Source of the DNA: Acidimicrobiales bacterium | GTDB lineage: Bacteria > Actinomycetota > Acidimicrobiia > Acidimicrobiales > AC-9 | DNA length: 64,000 bases | NCBI GenBank assembly: GCA_036491125.1 | Contig: DASXCO010000206.1 | Location: 1,363 to 65,362, forward strand | Reading direction: 5' to 3' | Part shown: piece by piece, positions 10,228-20,226 of the stretch | Layout: each line of letters opens with the position of its first letter | Position numbering within the stretch: the first letter of the stretch is position 1 | Translations under genes and position numbers: made by a program | Notes under the pieces: model-generated | Databases searched by the model: none | What the model saw: the letters and a program-made list of their open reading frames with translations, nothing else | Told to the model about the DNA's origin: nothing

Positions 10228-11262
10228 GTGCCGCTCGAGGAGTCCCCGTTCCTGCGGGCCTGTCGGTGCCGGCCCACCGATCGGGTGCCGGTCTGGTTCA
10301 TGCGCCAGGCCGGTCGATCCCTTCCCGAGTACCGCGCCATGCGCGGTGACGGCAGCGTCCTGGAGGCCATCGCCCGCCCCGAGGTGGCCGCCGAGCTGAC
10401 CCTTCAGCCGGTCAGACGCTACGGCGTCGACGCCGCCATCCTGTTCTCGGACATCGTGGTCCCGGTGGAGTCGATCGGTTTCGGCGTCGACGTGGTGCCG
10501 GGGGTGGGCCCGGTCGTGGACCGCCCCTTCTCGGGTCCGGAAGACCTTTCCCGCATCAGGCCCCTCGAACCGGAGAAGGACATCCCATACGTGCTGGACA
10601 CGGTGCGCCTCGTCGTGCAGGAGCTGGACGTACCCCTCATCGGCTTCGCCGGCGGCCCGTTCACCGTGGCCAGCTACCTGGTCGAAGGCGGGCCGTCCCG
10701 CAACTACGCGCGGACCAAGACCCTGATGCGGCGCGACCCGCGGACCTGGTGCCAGGTGACGGAGCTGCTCGCTGACCTCGCCCTGGCGTCACTGCGGGCC
10801 CAGGTGCTTGCCGGCGCCAGCGCCGTCCAGCTCTTCGACAGCTGGGTCGGCGTCCTGTCCCCTGACGACTATCGGGAGCTGGTGCTGCCGGCCACCCAGC
10901 GCATCTTCTCCGGGCTGGCCGACCTGGGCGTGCCCCGCATCCACTTCGGGGTCGGTACCGGGGAGCTGCTGTCGCTCATGGCTGCGGCCGGCGCCGACGT
11001 GGTCGGGGTGGACTGGCGGGTACCCCTGGACGCGGCCCGAGAGCGGGTGGGACCAGGGCGCGCAATCCAGGGCAACCTCGACCCGGCCAGCTGCCTGGCG
11101 CCGTGGGAGGTCGTGGCGCCCCAGGCGCGCAAGGTGCTGGCCGAGGGCGGCGGTCGCCCCGGTCACGTCTTCAACCTCGGCCACGGCGTGCTGCCCGAGA
11201 CCGACCCCGACGTCCTGCACCGGATCGTCGACCTGGTCCACGAGGAGGGCCGAACCGGATGA
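10228..11262 (+). CDS. hemE: uroporphyrinogen decarboxylase
   Basis: 344 aa with the N-terminal signature PVWFMRQAGRSLPEYR and a C-terminal FNLGHGV motif. The stop overlaps the hemY start (ATGA). Confidence 0.95.
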   Translation: MPLEESPFLRACRCRPTDRVPVWFMRQAGRSLPEYRAMRGDGSVLEAIARPEVAAELTLQPVRRYGVDAAILFSDIVVPVESIGFGVDVVPGVGPVVDRPFSGPEDLSRIRPLEPEKDIPYVLDTVRLVVQELDVPLIGFAGGPFTVASYLVEGGPSRNYARTKTLMRRDPRTWCQVTELLADLALASLRAQVLAGASAVQLFDSWVGVLSPDDYRELVLPATQRIFSGLADLGVPRIHFGVGTGELLSLMAAAGADVVGVDWRVPLDAARERVGPGRAIQGNLDPASCLAPWEVVAPQARKVLAEGGGRPGHVFNLGHGVLPETDPDVLHRIVDLVHEEGRTG

Positions 11263-12668
11263 CGGCCGGCCGCGAGGTGGTGGTCGTGGGCGGCGGCATC
11301 ACCGGTCTGGCGGCGGCGTGGGAGCTCTCGGGCCCAGCGGCCGGCGATCGTCCCGCCACGGTGACGGTCCTCGAGGCCGGGACCCGCCTCGGGGGCAAGA
11401 TCGGCAGTCAGGATCTGGGCGGTCAGCCGGTCGACTCGGGGCCCGACGCCTTCGTCGCCCGCGTGCCTGATGGCGTAGCTCTCTGTCACGAGCTCGGGCT
11501 GGGCGAGGAGCTGATCGCACCGGCGACCAACACCGCGCTCATCTGGACGCGGGGCCGTCTGCGCCACCTGCCCGACGACACCGTGCTGGGGGTGCCGACG
11601 CGGCTGCGGACGCTGGGGGCCTCGAAGATCGTCTCGCCCGCAGGGCTGGCGCGCGCCGGCCTCGACCTCGTCCTTCCCGCCGACGCCTCCGCCGACGACC
11701 GCTCCGTCGCCGCGTTCATCGACGCCCGCCTCGGTCGAGAGGTCCGCGAGCGCCTCGTCGACCCGCTCCTCGGCGGCATCCACGCCGGGTCGACCGAGCA
11801 CCTCAGCCTGGCTGCCACCGCGCCGCAGCTCGACGCGGCGAGATGCGAGCACCGGAGCCTGCTGCGCGGCCTGCGCCCGTCGCCACCCGAGCCCGGCGCC
11901 GCGCCCGCCCCCGTCTTCCTCACCCCGCGCCGCGGCCTCGGCCAGCTCGTCCAGGTGCTGGCCCACCAGCTGGCCGAACGAGGTGTCGAGCTGCGCACCG
12001 CGACACCGGTCGAGAAGCTCGAGCGAGCAGAGGGACGGTGGCAGGTGGGCAACCCCCACGGGCCCGTGGTGGCGGATCACGTGGTCCTGACCGTGCCGTC
12101 GTTCGTCGCCGCCGACCTGGTGGCGTCCCAACGACCCGACGCCGCTTCCGAGCTCGCCGCCGTCGAGCACGCCTCGGTGGTCCTCGTGACCCTGGCCTAT
12201 CCATCCAGCGCCGTCTCGCTGACGCCGGGAGTCAGCGGGTTTCTCGTTCCCCGGGTGGACGGGCGCCTCATGACTGCGTGCACGTGGCTGTCGGCGAAGT
12301 GGCCTCACGTGGGGCGCCCCGGCCAGACCCTGCTACGGGTCTCAGCCGGCCGCTGGGGAGACGACCGGGCCGTGCGAATGGCCGACGACGAGCTCCTGGG
12401 GCGGCTGCGGGCCGAGCTGCAGGAGGCCATGGGCATCACGGCCCGCCCCGACGCCGCCGCTGTCACTCGCTGGCCGTGCGCCTTTCCCCAGTACCAGGTC
12501 GGGCACCTGGAGCGGATGGCCCGCATCCAGGGCGCCCTTGCCCGCCAGCCGGCCCTGGCCGTCGCCGGCGCCTCCTACGGAGGGGTGGGTATCCCCGCCT
12601 GCATAGGCCAGGGCCGGCGGGCGGCCCGGGCCGTGCTCGACCAGCTGGCAACTGGCGCCCGGCGATGA
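11259..12668 (+). CDS. hemY: protoporphyrinogen/coproporphyrinogen III oxidase (HemY/CgoX family, FAD)
   Basis: In-frame ATG 11259 gives MTAGREVVVVGGGITGLAAAWEL, a Rossmann FAD-binding motif. About 469 aa and directly coupled to hemE. Confidence 0.9.
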   Translation: MTAGREVVVVGGGITGLAAAWELSGPAAGDRPATVTVLEAGTRLGGKIGSQDLGGQPVDSGPDAFVARVPDGVALCHELGLGEELIAPATNTALIWTRGRLRHLPDDTVLGVPTRLRTLGASKIVSPAGLARAGLDLVLPADASADDRSVAAFIDARLGREVRERLVDPLLGGIHAGSTEHLSLAATAPQLDAARCEHRSLLRGLRPSPPEPGAAPAPVFLTPRRGLGQLVQVLAHQLAERGVELRTATPVEKLERAEGRWQVGNPHGPVVADHVVLTVPSFVAADLVASQRPDAASELAAVEHASVVLVTLAYPSSAVSLTPGVSGFLVPRVDGRLMTACTWLSAKWPHVGRPGQTLLRVSAGRWGDDRAVRMADDELLGRLRAELQEAMGITARPDAAAVTRWPCAFPQYQVGHLERMARIQGALARQPALAVAGASYGGVGIPACIGQGRRAARAVLDQLATGARR

Positions 12669-12755
12669 GCCGTCGGCCGGCGCAGCGCCCGTGTGGGGTT
12701 TGCGGGGCGAATTTGGGAGAATCGCGAGAGCTGGGCCGGAGAGCGAGGTGACGAG

Positions 12756-13583
12756 ATGGCCAGGGCTATCTGGAGCGGGTCGATCAGCTTCGGGCTGGTC
12801 AACGTGCCCGTCAAGCTGTTCACGAGCGTGCGGAAGAAGGACGTGCGCTTCAACCAGCTCCACGCCACGGACAACGTGCGCATCCAGCAGAAGCGGGTCT
12901 GCCCCGCCGACGGCCAGGAGGTGTCCTGGGACGACCTGGTGAAGGGCTACGAGGTCAGCCCCGGCCAGTACGTCGTGGTCACCAACGAGGAGCTCGACGC
13001 GCTCGATCCGGAAGCCACCCACACCGTCGACATCGAGGACTTCGTGGCCCTCGAGGGCATCGACCCGCTCTACTTCGACTCGTCCTACTACCTGGTGCCC
13101 GATGCCACCGGCGTCAAGCCCTACCGTCTCCTGCTCGACGCCATGACCGAGAGCGGTCGGGTGGGCATCGGTCGGGTGGTGCTGCGCACCAAGCAGTACC
13201 TGTGCGCGGTGCGACCCCTCGGCGACGCCCTGGTCCTCACGACGATGAACTTCGCCGACGAGGTCTCGCCGGCCAGTGAGCTCGAGGGGCTGCCGGGCCC
13301 GGGGGCCGAGGCGTCGAGCCGCGAGATGAAGGTGGCCAAGCAGCTGATCGACTCGCTGACGGCCAAGTTCGAGCCCGACAAGTATCACGACACCTACCGC
13401 GAGGGGGTCCTCGAGCTCATCGAGGCCAAGGCCCAGGGGCAGGAGGTGGTCTCCGAGCCGCCGCCCGAGAAGGCCGCACCCGTGGTCGACCTGATGTCGG
13501 CGCTCGAGGCCAGCCTGGCCGCCGTCAAGGACAAGGGCGAGCCCGAGGACGCCGGGCCGGAGAAGCGACGCGCCACGTCCTGA
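12756..13583 (+). CDS. ku: Ku protein (non-homologous end joining)
   Basis: MARAIWSGSISFGLVNVPVKLFTSVRKKDVRFNQLH is the canonical bacterial Ku N-terminus. The C-terminal tail is basic. Start taken at the Met preceded by GAGCGAGGTG. Confidence 0.93.
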   Translation: MARAIWSGSISFGLVNVPVKLFTSVRKKDVRFNQLHATDNVRIQQKRVCPADGQEVSWDDLVKGYEVSPGQYVVVTNEELDALDPEATHTVDIEDFVALEGIDPLYFDSSYYLVPDATGVKPYRLLLDAMTESGRVGIGRVVLRTKQYLCAVRPLGDALVLTTMNFADEVSPASELEGLPGPGAEASSREMKVAKQLIDSLTAKFEPDKYHDTYREGVLELIEAKAQGQEVVSEPPPEKAAPVVDLMSALEASLAAVKDKGEPEDAGPEKRRATS

Positions 13584-13609
13584 GTAGCGCCGCGCAAAGA
13601 CTGGGGAAC

Positions 13610-15112
13610 ATGTCCGCCATCAGGGTGTCCGCCGTCGGGTTGGCGGCCGGGCTGATCACGGCGTTCTCGTTGCCGCCGTGGGGGTTCTGGATCCTGGCTC
13701 CTGTCGGCCTGGCCATCCTCTACCGGCTGCTCGAAGGCCGACGAGCGCCGACCCGGGCGCTGGCAGGCTTCACCGCGGGCATCGGGCTCTTCTCCCTCGG
13801 CCTGTTCTTCACGACTGCGTTCAACGCCGGCGGGTGGGCGGTGCTGGTGCTCTTCGAGTCGGCCTTCGTCGCCGTCGCCTGCGCCCTGGTGCCCCCGGCA
13901 AGAGGACGGAGCCTGGCCTTCCCGGCCGTCCTCGTGCTCGCCGAGGTGGTCCGCGGCTCGTGGCCCTTCGGCGGCCTGCCGATGGGCGGCATCCCCCTGG
14001 GCCTGGTAGGCAGTCCCGTCGGGCCCGCCGCCCGCCTGGGGGGACCGATGCTGCTGCTGGCGCTCGCCGCGCTCGGCGGTGTGGTCCTTGGTGAGGCGGC
14101 CCGCCTCGTCCCGCTGGGCCGGCGGACGGACCCGCGCCAGCGGACCCAGGCGCTCGCCACCACGGCGCTGGCCGCCGTGGCCATCGTCGGCCTGGCCGTC
14201 GCGGGCGACCTGGCTCCCGACGGCGGGGCGGCGGTGGGCAGCGATCGCGCCGCCCTGGTACAGGGCGGGGGGCGGCGCGGCTTCCGGGCCTCCCAGGTCG
14301 ACCCGGCGTCGGTGTTCGACGCCCAGCTCACGCCCAGCCTGGCCCTCCAACCCCCACTCACGCTCATCCTGTGGCCCGAGAACGTGCTGGACCTGAACCA
14401 ACCCCTCCGGGGCTCCGCCGAGGCCCAGCAGGTCGGCCAGCTGGCGGTCACCAAAGGAGCCACGGTCGTGGCCGGGGTGACCGAGCCGGTCGGGACGAAC
14501 CAGTTCCGCAACATCGCCGTGGCCTGGGCCCCGTCGGGGGCCGTCGTGGCCACCTACGACAAGGTCCACCGGGTCCCGTTCGGGGAGTGGATCCCGTGGC
14601 GGTCCTTCTTCGGCCTGCTGGCCGATCTGTCGGCCGTGCCCCGCGACGCCATCCCCGGTCACGGGCCGGGGATCCTCCACACCCCTGCCGGACCCCTCGG
14701 CGTGATGATCTCCTACGAGGTCTTCTACGAGGACGCCGGGAGGGCCGCGGTGCGGTCGGGCGCCCGGCTCCTCACCGTGCCGACCAACACCGCGTCGTAC
14801 TCGACCAGCCAGGTGCCGACCCAGGAGCTGGCCACGGCCAGGCTGCAAGCCGTCCAGGAGGGTCGCGATCTCATTCTGGCCTCCCCCACCGGCTTCTCCA
14901 CCATCATCGACCACCGGGGCCACGTCCTGGCCCGGTCGAACCTCGGCTCCCAGCAGGTCATCGAGGGGACGCCGGCGATGCGCACCGGGCTCACGCCCTA
15001 CGCCCGGACGGGGGACATGCCCGTGCTCGCCGCCAGCGGGCTGGCGGTGCTGTCCGCCTGGGCGCTGGAGGCGACAGCACGGCGCCGCCGGCGCGCGGAC
15101 CCAGACCGCTAG
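13610..15112 (+). CDS. lnt: apolipoprotein N-acyltransferase homologue (expected catalytic Cys replaced by Ser)
   Basis: 500 aa with an N-terminal polytopic domain and a C-terminal nitrilase-fold domain. LILWPEN (Glu) and YDKVHRVPFGEW (Lys) are present. The motif that is ICYE in E. coli Lnt reads ISYE here. Confidence 0.85.
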   Translation: MSAIRVSAVGLAAGLITAFSLPPWGFWILAPVGLAILYRLLEGRRAPTRALAGFTAGIGLFSLGLFFTTAFNAGGWAVLVLFESAFVAVACALVPPARGRSLAFPAVLVLAEVVRGSWPFGGLPMGGIPLGLVGSPVGPAARLGGPMLLLALAALGGVVLGEAARLVPLGRRTDPRQRTQALATTALAAVAIVGLAVAGDLAPDGGAAVGSDRAALVQGGGRRGFRASQVDPASVFDAQLTPSLALQPPLTLILWPENVLDLNQPLRGSAEAQQVGQLAVTKGATVVAGVTEPVGTNQFRNIAVAWAPSGAVVATYDKVHRVPFGEWIPWRSFFGLLADLSAVPRDAIPGHGPGILHTPAGPLGVMISYEVFYEDAGRAAVRSGARLLTVPTNTASYSTSQVPTQELATARLQAVQEGRDLILASPTGFSTIIDHRGHVLARSNLGSQQVIEGTPAMRTGLTPYARTGDMPVLAASGLAVLSAWALEATARRRRRADPDR

Positions 15113-15122
15113 CGCCGGCCGC

Positions 15123-16187
15123 TCACGGCTGCTTGTCGCTGACCCCCGCAGAGTCGAAGGTGGCCATCTCCCGCACGATCCGCGCTGCTCCCTGGAGCAC
15201 CGGAAGCGCCAGGCAGGCGCCGGTCCCCTCCCCCAGGCGGAGGTCCAGGTCGAGCAGGGGCGACAGACCGAGGTGATCGAGGCCGATCGACGCGCCGGGC
15301 TCGCTGGAGCGGTGCCCTGCGATGCAGAAGGCGGCGCATCCCGGCGCCACGGCCTCGGCGACCACGCCGGCGGCGACGGCGATCACGCCGTCGACGAGCA
15401 CCGGCACGCGGGCGGCCGCCCCGGCCACGATGAAGCCGGCCAGGGCAGCGATCTCGAGGCCACCGAGGGACGCCAGGACGGCCAGTGGGTCGTCGCCAGC
15501 GACCGCCTCGGTCCGGGCCAGTCCCCGCTCGACGACGCGAACCTTGCCGGCCCACTCGTCGTCGCCGATGCCGGTCCCCCTGCCCGTCACCGCCGACGCC
15601 GGGCGACCCGTGAAGGCGGCGATCAGGGCGGCCGACGGGGTCGTGTTGCCGATCCCCATGTCACCGGTGATCAGGCACCGGGCACCCTTCGTCACCAGGT
15701 CAGTCGCCACCGCCGCCCCGACGTCGAGAGCGGCGGTCGTCTCCTCGGTCGTCATGGCCGGCTCCTCGGCCAGGTTGGCCGTCCCGGCCCGCACCTTCGC
15801 CGCCACCAGCCCGTCGGCCGGTGCCAGATCCGCGGCGACCCCGACGTCGATCACCATCACGTCCGCCCGGGCGTGACGGGCGAGCACGTTGATGGCCGCC
15901 CCGCCGGCACAGAAGTTGGCGACCATCTGCGCCGTGACCTCGGCCGGCCACGGCGAGACGCCTTCGGCCAGCACGCCGTGGTCACCAGCGAAGACGGCGA
16001 CGACACCCGGTTCGGGGACCGGTGGAGGTGACTCCCCGGCGATGCCGGCCAACTGGACGGCGAGGGCTTCGAGGCGGCCGAGCGACCCTCGCGGCTTGGT
16101 CAGCCGGTCGAGGTGGGCAGCGGTCGAGCGTGCCGCGGCATCATCGGGGCGGCCGAGGCGAGCCAAGGTGTCGACAAAGGCCGACAT
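15123..16187 (-). CDS. cobT: nicotinate-nucleotide--dimethylbenzimidazole phosphoribosyltransferase
   Basis: 354 aa with the GDMGIGNTT motif and overall CobT-like sequence. Confidence 0.93.
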   Translation of the reverse strand: MSAFVDTLARLGRPDDAAARSTAAHLDRLTKPRGSLGRLEALAVQLAGIAGESPPPVPEPGVVAVFAGDHGVLAEGVSPWPAEVTAQMVANFCAGGAAINVLARHARADVMVIDVGVAADLAPADGLVAAKVRAGTANLAEEPAMTTEETTAALDVGAAVATDLVTKGARCLITGDMGIGNTTPSAALIAAFTGRPASAVTGRGTGIGDDEWAGKVRVVERGLARTEAVAGDDPLAVLASLGGLEIAALAGFIVAGAAARVPVLVDGVIAVAAGVVAEAVAPGCAAFCIAGHRSSEPGASIGLDHLGLSPLLDLDLRLGEGTGACLALPVLQGAARIVREMATFDSAGVSDKQP

Positions 16188-16199
16188 CGACGACCGCGC

Positions 16200-16760
16200 T
16201 CAGTCGTCCGGCGAGGCGGACTGATCGAGGAGGGCCTCGATCCGACCTTGGCGGTGCTGCTCGTGGTCGATGAACAGCAGGCGGTTGAAGATGACGAACT
16301 TGCCGACCCAGATCACTCCCCACGCGGCGAGGGCCGAGACGTTGACGATGATGGCCGTCGCAAAATGGGACGAGGTGATGTGCGGCGCCTCGGTCTCGGC
16401 GATGTCCACGGCCAGGACCGACAGGAGCAGACCGAGGAAGGCCAGGCCCCAGAAGGGCACGATCTCCTTCCAGAGGTGCGAGGGCCCGGTCTTGCCCCAC
16501 GCCCATCGCCGGTTGAGGTAGTAGGAGGGCACCGTGGCCACCGCGGTGGCGATGATGTTGCAGGGCACAGCGGACGCCAGCTGCAACACGCCGAAGGTCA
16601 GGAACAGCACGGCCTGGCTGACGGCCACCGACACCACCGAGACGAGCGAGTAACGAACGGCTTTCTTGCCCGACGGCGTGGACGCCCAAGCCCGAAGGTC
16701 ACTGGGAGCGAGGCTCACCCCCTTCATCATATCGTCACAATCCGCTCGTTCCCACGTCAC
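16200..16760 (-). CDS. GtrA-family membrane protein
   Basis: 186 aa with four hydrophobic helices. GtrA-like features: KKAVRYSLVSVVSVAVSQAVLFL and a NRRWAWG motif. The start may be an internal Met at about 16730. Confidence 0.8.
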   Translation of the reverse strand: MTWERADCDDMMKGVSLAPSDLRAWASTPSGKKAVRYSLVSVVSVAVSQAVLFLTFGVLQLASAVPCNIIATAVATVPSYYLNRRWAWGKTGPSHLWKEIVPFWGLAFLGLLLSVLAVDIAETEAPHITSSHFATAIIVNVSALAAWGVIWVGKFVIFNRLLFIDHEQHRQGRIEALLDQSASPDD

Positions 16761-16790
16761 CCTCGGGGGCGCCGGAGCCAGCCAGACGCC

Positions 16791-17969
16791 TCACGCCGGA
16801 TCGAGCGCGTTCGCCCTGGCCACCGAGCCGAGCCACGAGGCACTCGGCTTGGGGTGACGCTCGAAGGTGGTGCGGTCGACGGCGACCAACCCGAAGGTCG
16901 GGCGGTAGCCGAGGACCCACTCGAAGTTGTCGAGCAGGCTCCAGTACAAGTAGCCGCGCACGTCGATGCCGTCATCCAGGCACCGGCGCACCCCGGTCAG
17001 GGCGCGGCGGACGTAGGCGACCCGGCGGTCGTCGTCCTCGGTGGCGATGCCGTTCTCGGTGACCAGCAGGGGAACGCCGCCGGTCACCTCCCACGCCCGG
17101 CGGAGCGCCGCCTCCAGCACGTCGGGCCAGAACTCGTAGCCCATCTGGGTCGTCTCCACTCCCGGCTCGGGCCCGAGCGCCCCAGGGGGGCCGACCCGCA
17201 CGCGGGAGTAGCACTGCACGCCGAGGAAGTCGTCGCCCTGCGCCGCCTCGAGGTAGATGTCCTCCATCGACCTGCGGATGCGCTCCACGGTGGGCTCGCC
17301 GCCGTCGACCGCGTGATAGTCGGACATGGCCAGGGTGAGTCCGACCGGGGCCGTCCCCGGTCCCGAGCGGATGGCCGCGGTCGCCTTGCCGTGGGCGTCG
17401 ATCATCACCTGGTTCACGGTGCGGCGCAGGGCGGGATCGCGGCTCCCCGGAGGAAAGACCCCCGCCAGATAGCCCATGAGCGCCACGATGTTGGGCTCGT
17501 TGATCGTGCACGCCCACCCGATGAGGTCACCCAGGTGGGTGACGGCGCGCTCGCAGTAGCGGGCGAAGAGGTCCGACGCCCCGTAGTCGGCCCATCCGCC
17601 GGCCTGGGCCATCCAGCGCGGGCTGGTGAAGTGATGGAAGGTGACCATCGGCACGAGGCCGTGCTCGTGGCAGCAGGCGCAGACCCGCCGGTAGTGGTCG
17701 AGGGCTGCGAGCGACCATTCCCCCCGCTCGGGCTCGATGCGGCTCCACTCCAGCGAGAACCGGTAGGTGCCGAAGCCGAGACGGGCCAGCAGGGCGATGT
17801 CCTCGGGATAGCGATAGAGCTGGTCGCAGGCGTCCCCGCTCGGCTCGACGCAGCCCGAGCCCGGCTGATGCTCCCAGGCCCACCAGTCGTTGTTCCAGTT
17901 CCCACCCTCGACCTGGTGCGCAGCCGTGGCGGTGCCCCACAGGAAACCCTCTGGAAAACGCACCGCCAT
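16791..17969 (-). CDS. GH1 beta-glucosidase
   Basis: FPEGFLWGTATAAHQVEG N-terminus. Acid/base motif TINEPN and nucleophile motif VTENG are both present. Confidence 0.93.
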   Translation of the reverse strand: MAVRFPEGFLWGTATAAHQVEGGNWNNDWWAWEHQPGSGCVEPSGDACDQLYRYPEDIALLARLGFGTYRFSLEWSRIEPERGEWSLAALDHYRRVCACCHEHGLVPMVTFHHFTSPRWMAQAGGWADYGASDLFARYCERAVTHLGDLIGWACTINEPNIVALMGYLAGVFPPGSRDPALRRTVNQVMIDAHGKATAAIRSGPGTAPVGLTLAMSDYHAVDGGEPTVERIRRSMEDIYLEAAQGDDFLGVQCYSRVRVGPPGALGPEPGVETTQMGYEFWPDVLEAALRRAWEVTGGVPLLVTENGIATEDDDRRVAYVRRALTGVRRCLDDGIDVRGYLYWSLLDNFEWVLGYRPTFGLVAVDRTTFERHPKPSASWLGSVARANALDPA

Positions 17970-18042
17970 TCGTCCGACAGTAGCGGAACGGGGACGGCGC
18001 TACTCGGACTGAACGTCTACAAGGGAATGACAATATGACCGG

Positions 18043-18888
18043 ATGACAGCAGCGCTCGACGCCCTGGTCGCCCTCCTCGATCTCGAAGCGATCGAGGTCA
18101 ACATCTTCCGCGGCGTCAGCCCCGACGAGAAGCGACAACGCGTCTTCGGTGGCCAGGTCGCCGGTCAGGCGCTCGTCGCCGCGGGTCGGACCGTCGAGCG
18201 CGGCGACGTGCATTCACTGCACGCGTACTTCCTCCGCCCCGGCGATACGACCGTCCCCATCCTCTACGAGGTCGACCGCATCCACGATGGACGATCGTTC
18301 ACGACCAGACGCGTCGTCGCCATCCAGCACGGGCGGGCGATCTTCAACCTGTCCGCGTCGTTCCATGTCCGCGAGGACGGCGTGGACCACCAGGTGCCGA
18401 TGCCCGAGGCACCGGAACCCGAGTCGCTGCCGACCTACCAGGAGCGCCTGGCTCCGTACGCCGAGCGACTCGGAGACTTGCTGAACCGCCCTCAGCCGAT
18501 CGACCAGCGCTACGTCGACAACGGCGGAGGTCTGTTCCGGGCCGGCGTCAGCGATCCTCGCCAGAAGGTGTGGATCCGTGGGGACGGCCGCCTCGCGGAC
18601 GACCAGCTGCTGCACGCCTGCGTCGTGGCCTACGCCTCGGACATGTCATTGCTGGACTCGGTGATCCTGCCCCACCCCGTCAGCTGGGAGGACCCCCACC
18701 TCATGAGCGCCAGCCTGGACCACGCCATGTGGTTCCACCGACCCTTCCGGGCCGACGAGTGGATGCTCTACGACCAGGAGAGCCCGTCGGCCTCGGGGGG
18801 CCGCGGCCTGGCTCGGGGGAGCATCTTCACGAGAGACGGCCGGCTGGCGGTCTCGGTGGTCCAGGAGGGCCTGGTTCGCCTGGTCTGA
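18043..18888 (+). CDS. tesB: acyl-CoA thioesterase II
   Basis: 281 aa with a double hot-dog TesB-like sequence (LDLEAIEVNIFRG..., VHSLHAYFLRPGD, DHAMWFHRPFRADEW). Confidence 0.88.
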   Translation: MTAALDALVALLDLEAIEVNIFRGVSPDEKRQRVFGGQVAGQALVAAGRTVERGDVHSLHAYFLRPGDTTVPILYEVDRIHDGRSFTTRRVVAIQHGRAIFNLSASFHVREDGVDHQVPMPEAPEPESLPTYQERLAPYAERLGDLLNRPQPIDQRYVDNGGGLFRAGVSDPRQKVWIRGDGRLADDQLLHACVVAYASDMSLLDSVILPHPVSWEDPHLMSASLDHAMWFHRPFRADEWMLYDQESPSASGGRGLARGSIFTRDGRLAVSVVQEGLVRLV

Positions 18889-18893
18889 GTCCC

Positions 18894-20162
18894 TCAGCGC
18901 TGCTCGAGCGGCACGTAGTGGCGCTCGTCCTCGCCGCCGTAGAGCTGGCGGGGGCGGGCGATCTTGGAGTCCTGGTCGAGGAGCTCCGTCCAGTGGGCGA
19001 GCCAACCCGAGGTCCGCGGTATCGCGAACAGCACCGGGAACATGTCGATCGGAAAGCCCATCGCCTGGTAGATCAACCCCGAGTAGAAGTCGACGTTGGG
19101 ATAGAGACGACGAGAGGTGAAGTACTCGTCTGACAGGGCCCGCTCCTCGAGCTTGAGGGCGATGTCGAGCAGCGGGTTCTTACCGGTGACGTCGAAGACC
19201 TCGTCAGCGGTGCGCTTGATGATCCTGGCCCGCGGGTCGTAGTTCTTGTACACGCGGTGGCCGAAGCCCTGGAGGCGGCCCTCGCCGCGCTTGACGGCAG
19301 CGACGAAGTCGTCGACGTGGTCGATCGAGCCGATCTCGGTGAGCATGCGGATGACAGCCTCGTTGGCCCCGCCGTGGCGGGGACCGTAGAGGGCGGCGCA
19401 GGCGGCGGCGCAGGCGGAATACGGATCGGCGTGGGACGAGCCGACGACGCGCATGGCCGTGGTCGAGCAGTTCTGCTCGTGGTCGGCGTGGAGGATGAAC
19501 AGCACGTCGAGGGCGTGGGCGAGGGCCGGGTTGGCGTCGAAGCGGGGCTCAGCGATCTTCCACATCATGGACAGGAAGTTCGCCGCGAAACCCAGGGAGT
19601 TGTCCGGGTAGACAAACGGCATGCCGACGCTGAACCGGTGGGCGGCGGCTGCCAGCGTGGGCATCTTGGCGATGAGTCGGGTGATCTGCTTGTCACGGGA
19701 CTCGGGGTCGAAGATGTCCTTGGCGTCGAGATAGAACGTCGACAGGGCTGCCACCGCCGAGACGAGCATGCCCATGGGATGGGCGTCGTAGTGAAAGCCC
19801 TCGAGAAAGCGCTTGCGCACGTTCTCGTGGATGAAGGTGTGGTGGGTGATCTCACGGCGCCAGACCTCGAATTGGGCCGGCGTGGGCAGCTCGCCCTTCA
19901 GGAGCAGGTAGGCGACCTCCAGGTACGAGGACCGCTGGGCCAGCTCGTCGATCGGGTAGCCGCGGTACCTGAGGATGCCCGCCTCGCCGTCGAGGAACGT
20001 GATGCCGCTCTCGCACGCCGCCGTGGAGGTGAAGCCGGGATCGTAGAACCAGACGCCGGGCAGGAGCTTCGACCATGCCGTCGCCGAGATCCCGCCGTTC
20101 TCGATGGGGATCTCGACCGACTGGCCGTTGCGGTTGTCGGTGATGGTGACGCTCTCTGGCAC
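18894..20162 (-). CDS. gltA: citrate synthase (type II)
   Basis: 422 aa. Contains GPRHGGANE, GFGHRVYKNYDPRA and PNVDFYSG, the catalytic His/His/Asp motifs. Confidence 0.95.
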   Translation of the reverse strand: MPESVTITDNRNGQSVEIPIENGGISATAWSKLLPGVWFYDPGFTSTAACESGITFLDGEAGILRYRGYPIDELAQRSSYLEVAYLLLKGELPTPAQFEVWRREITHHTFIHENVRKRFLEGFHYDAHPMGMLVSAVAALSTFYLDAKDIFDPESRDKQITRLIAKMPTLAAAAHRFSVGMPFVYPDNSLGFAANFLSMMWKIAEPRFDANPALAHALDVLFILHADHEQNCSTTAMRVVGSSHADPYSACAAACAALYGPRHGGANEAVIRMLTEIGSIDHVDDFVAAVKRGEGRLQGFGHRVYKNYDPRARIIKRTADEVFDVTGKNPLLDIALKLEERALSDEYFTSRRLYPNVDFYSGLIYQAMGFPIDMFPVLFAIPRTSGWLAHWTELLDQDSKIARPRQLYGGEDERHYVPLEQR

Positions 20163-20226
20163 AAGTCGGCCCTCTTCCTCTCGCCACCCCCAGGGCCCAT
20201 AGTACGGCGGGTCCGAGGGCTCCTGA

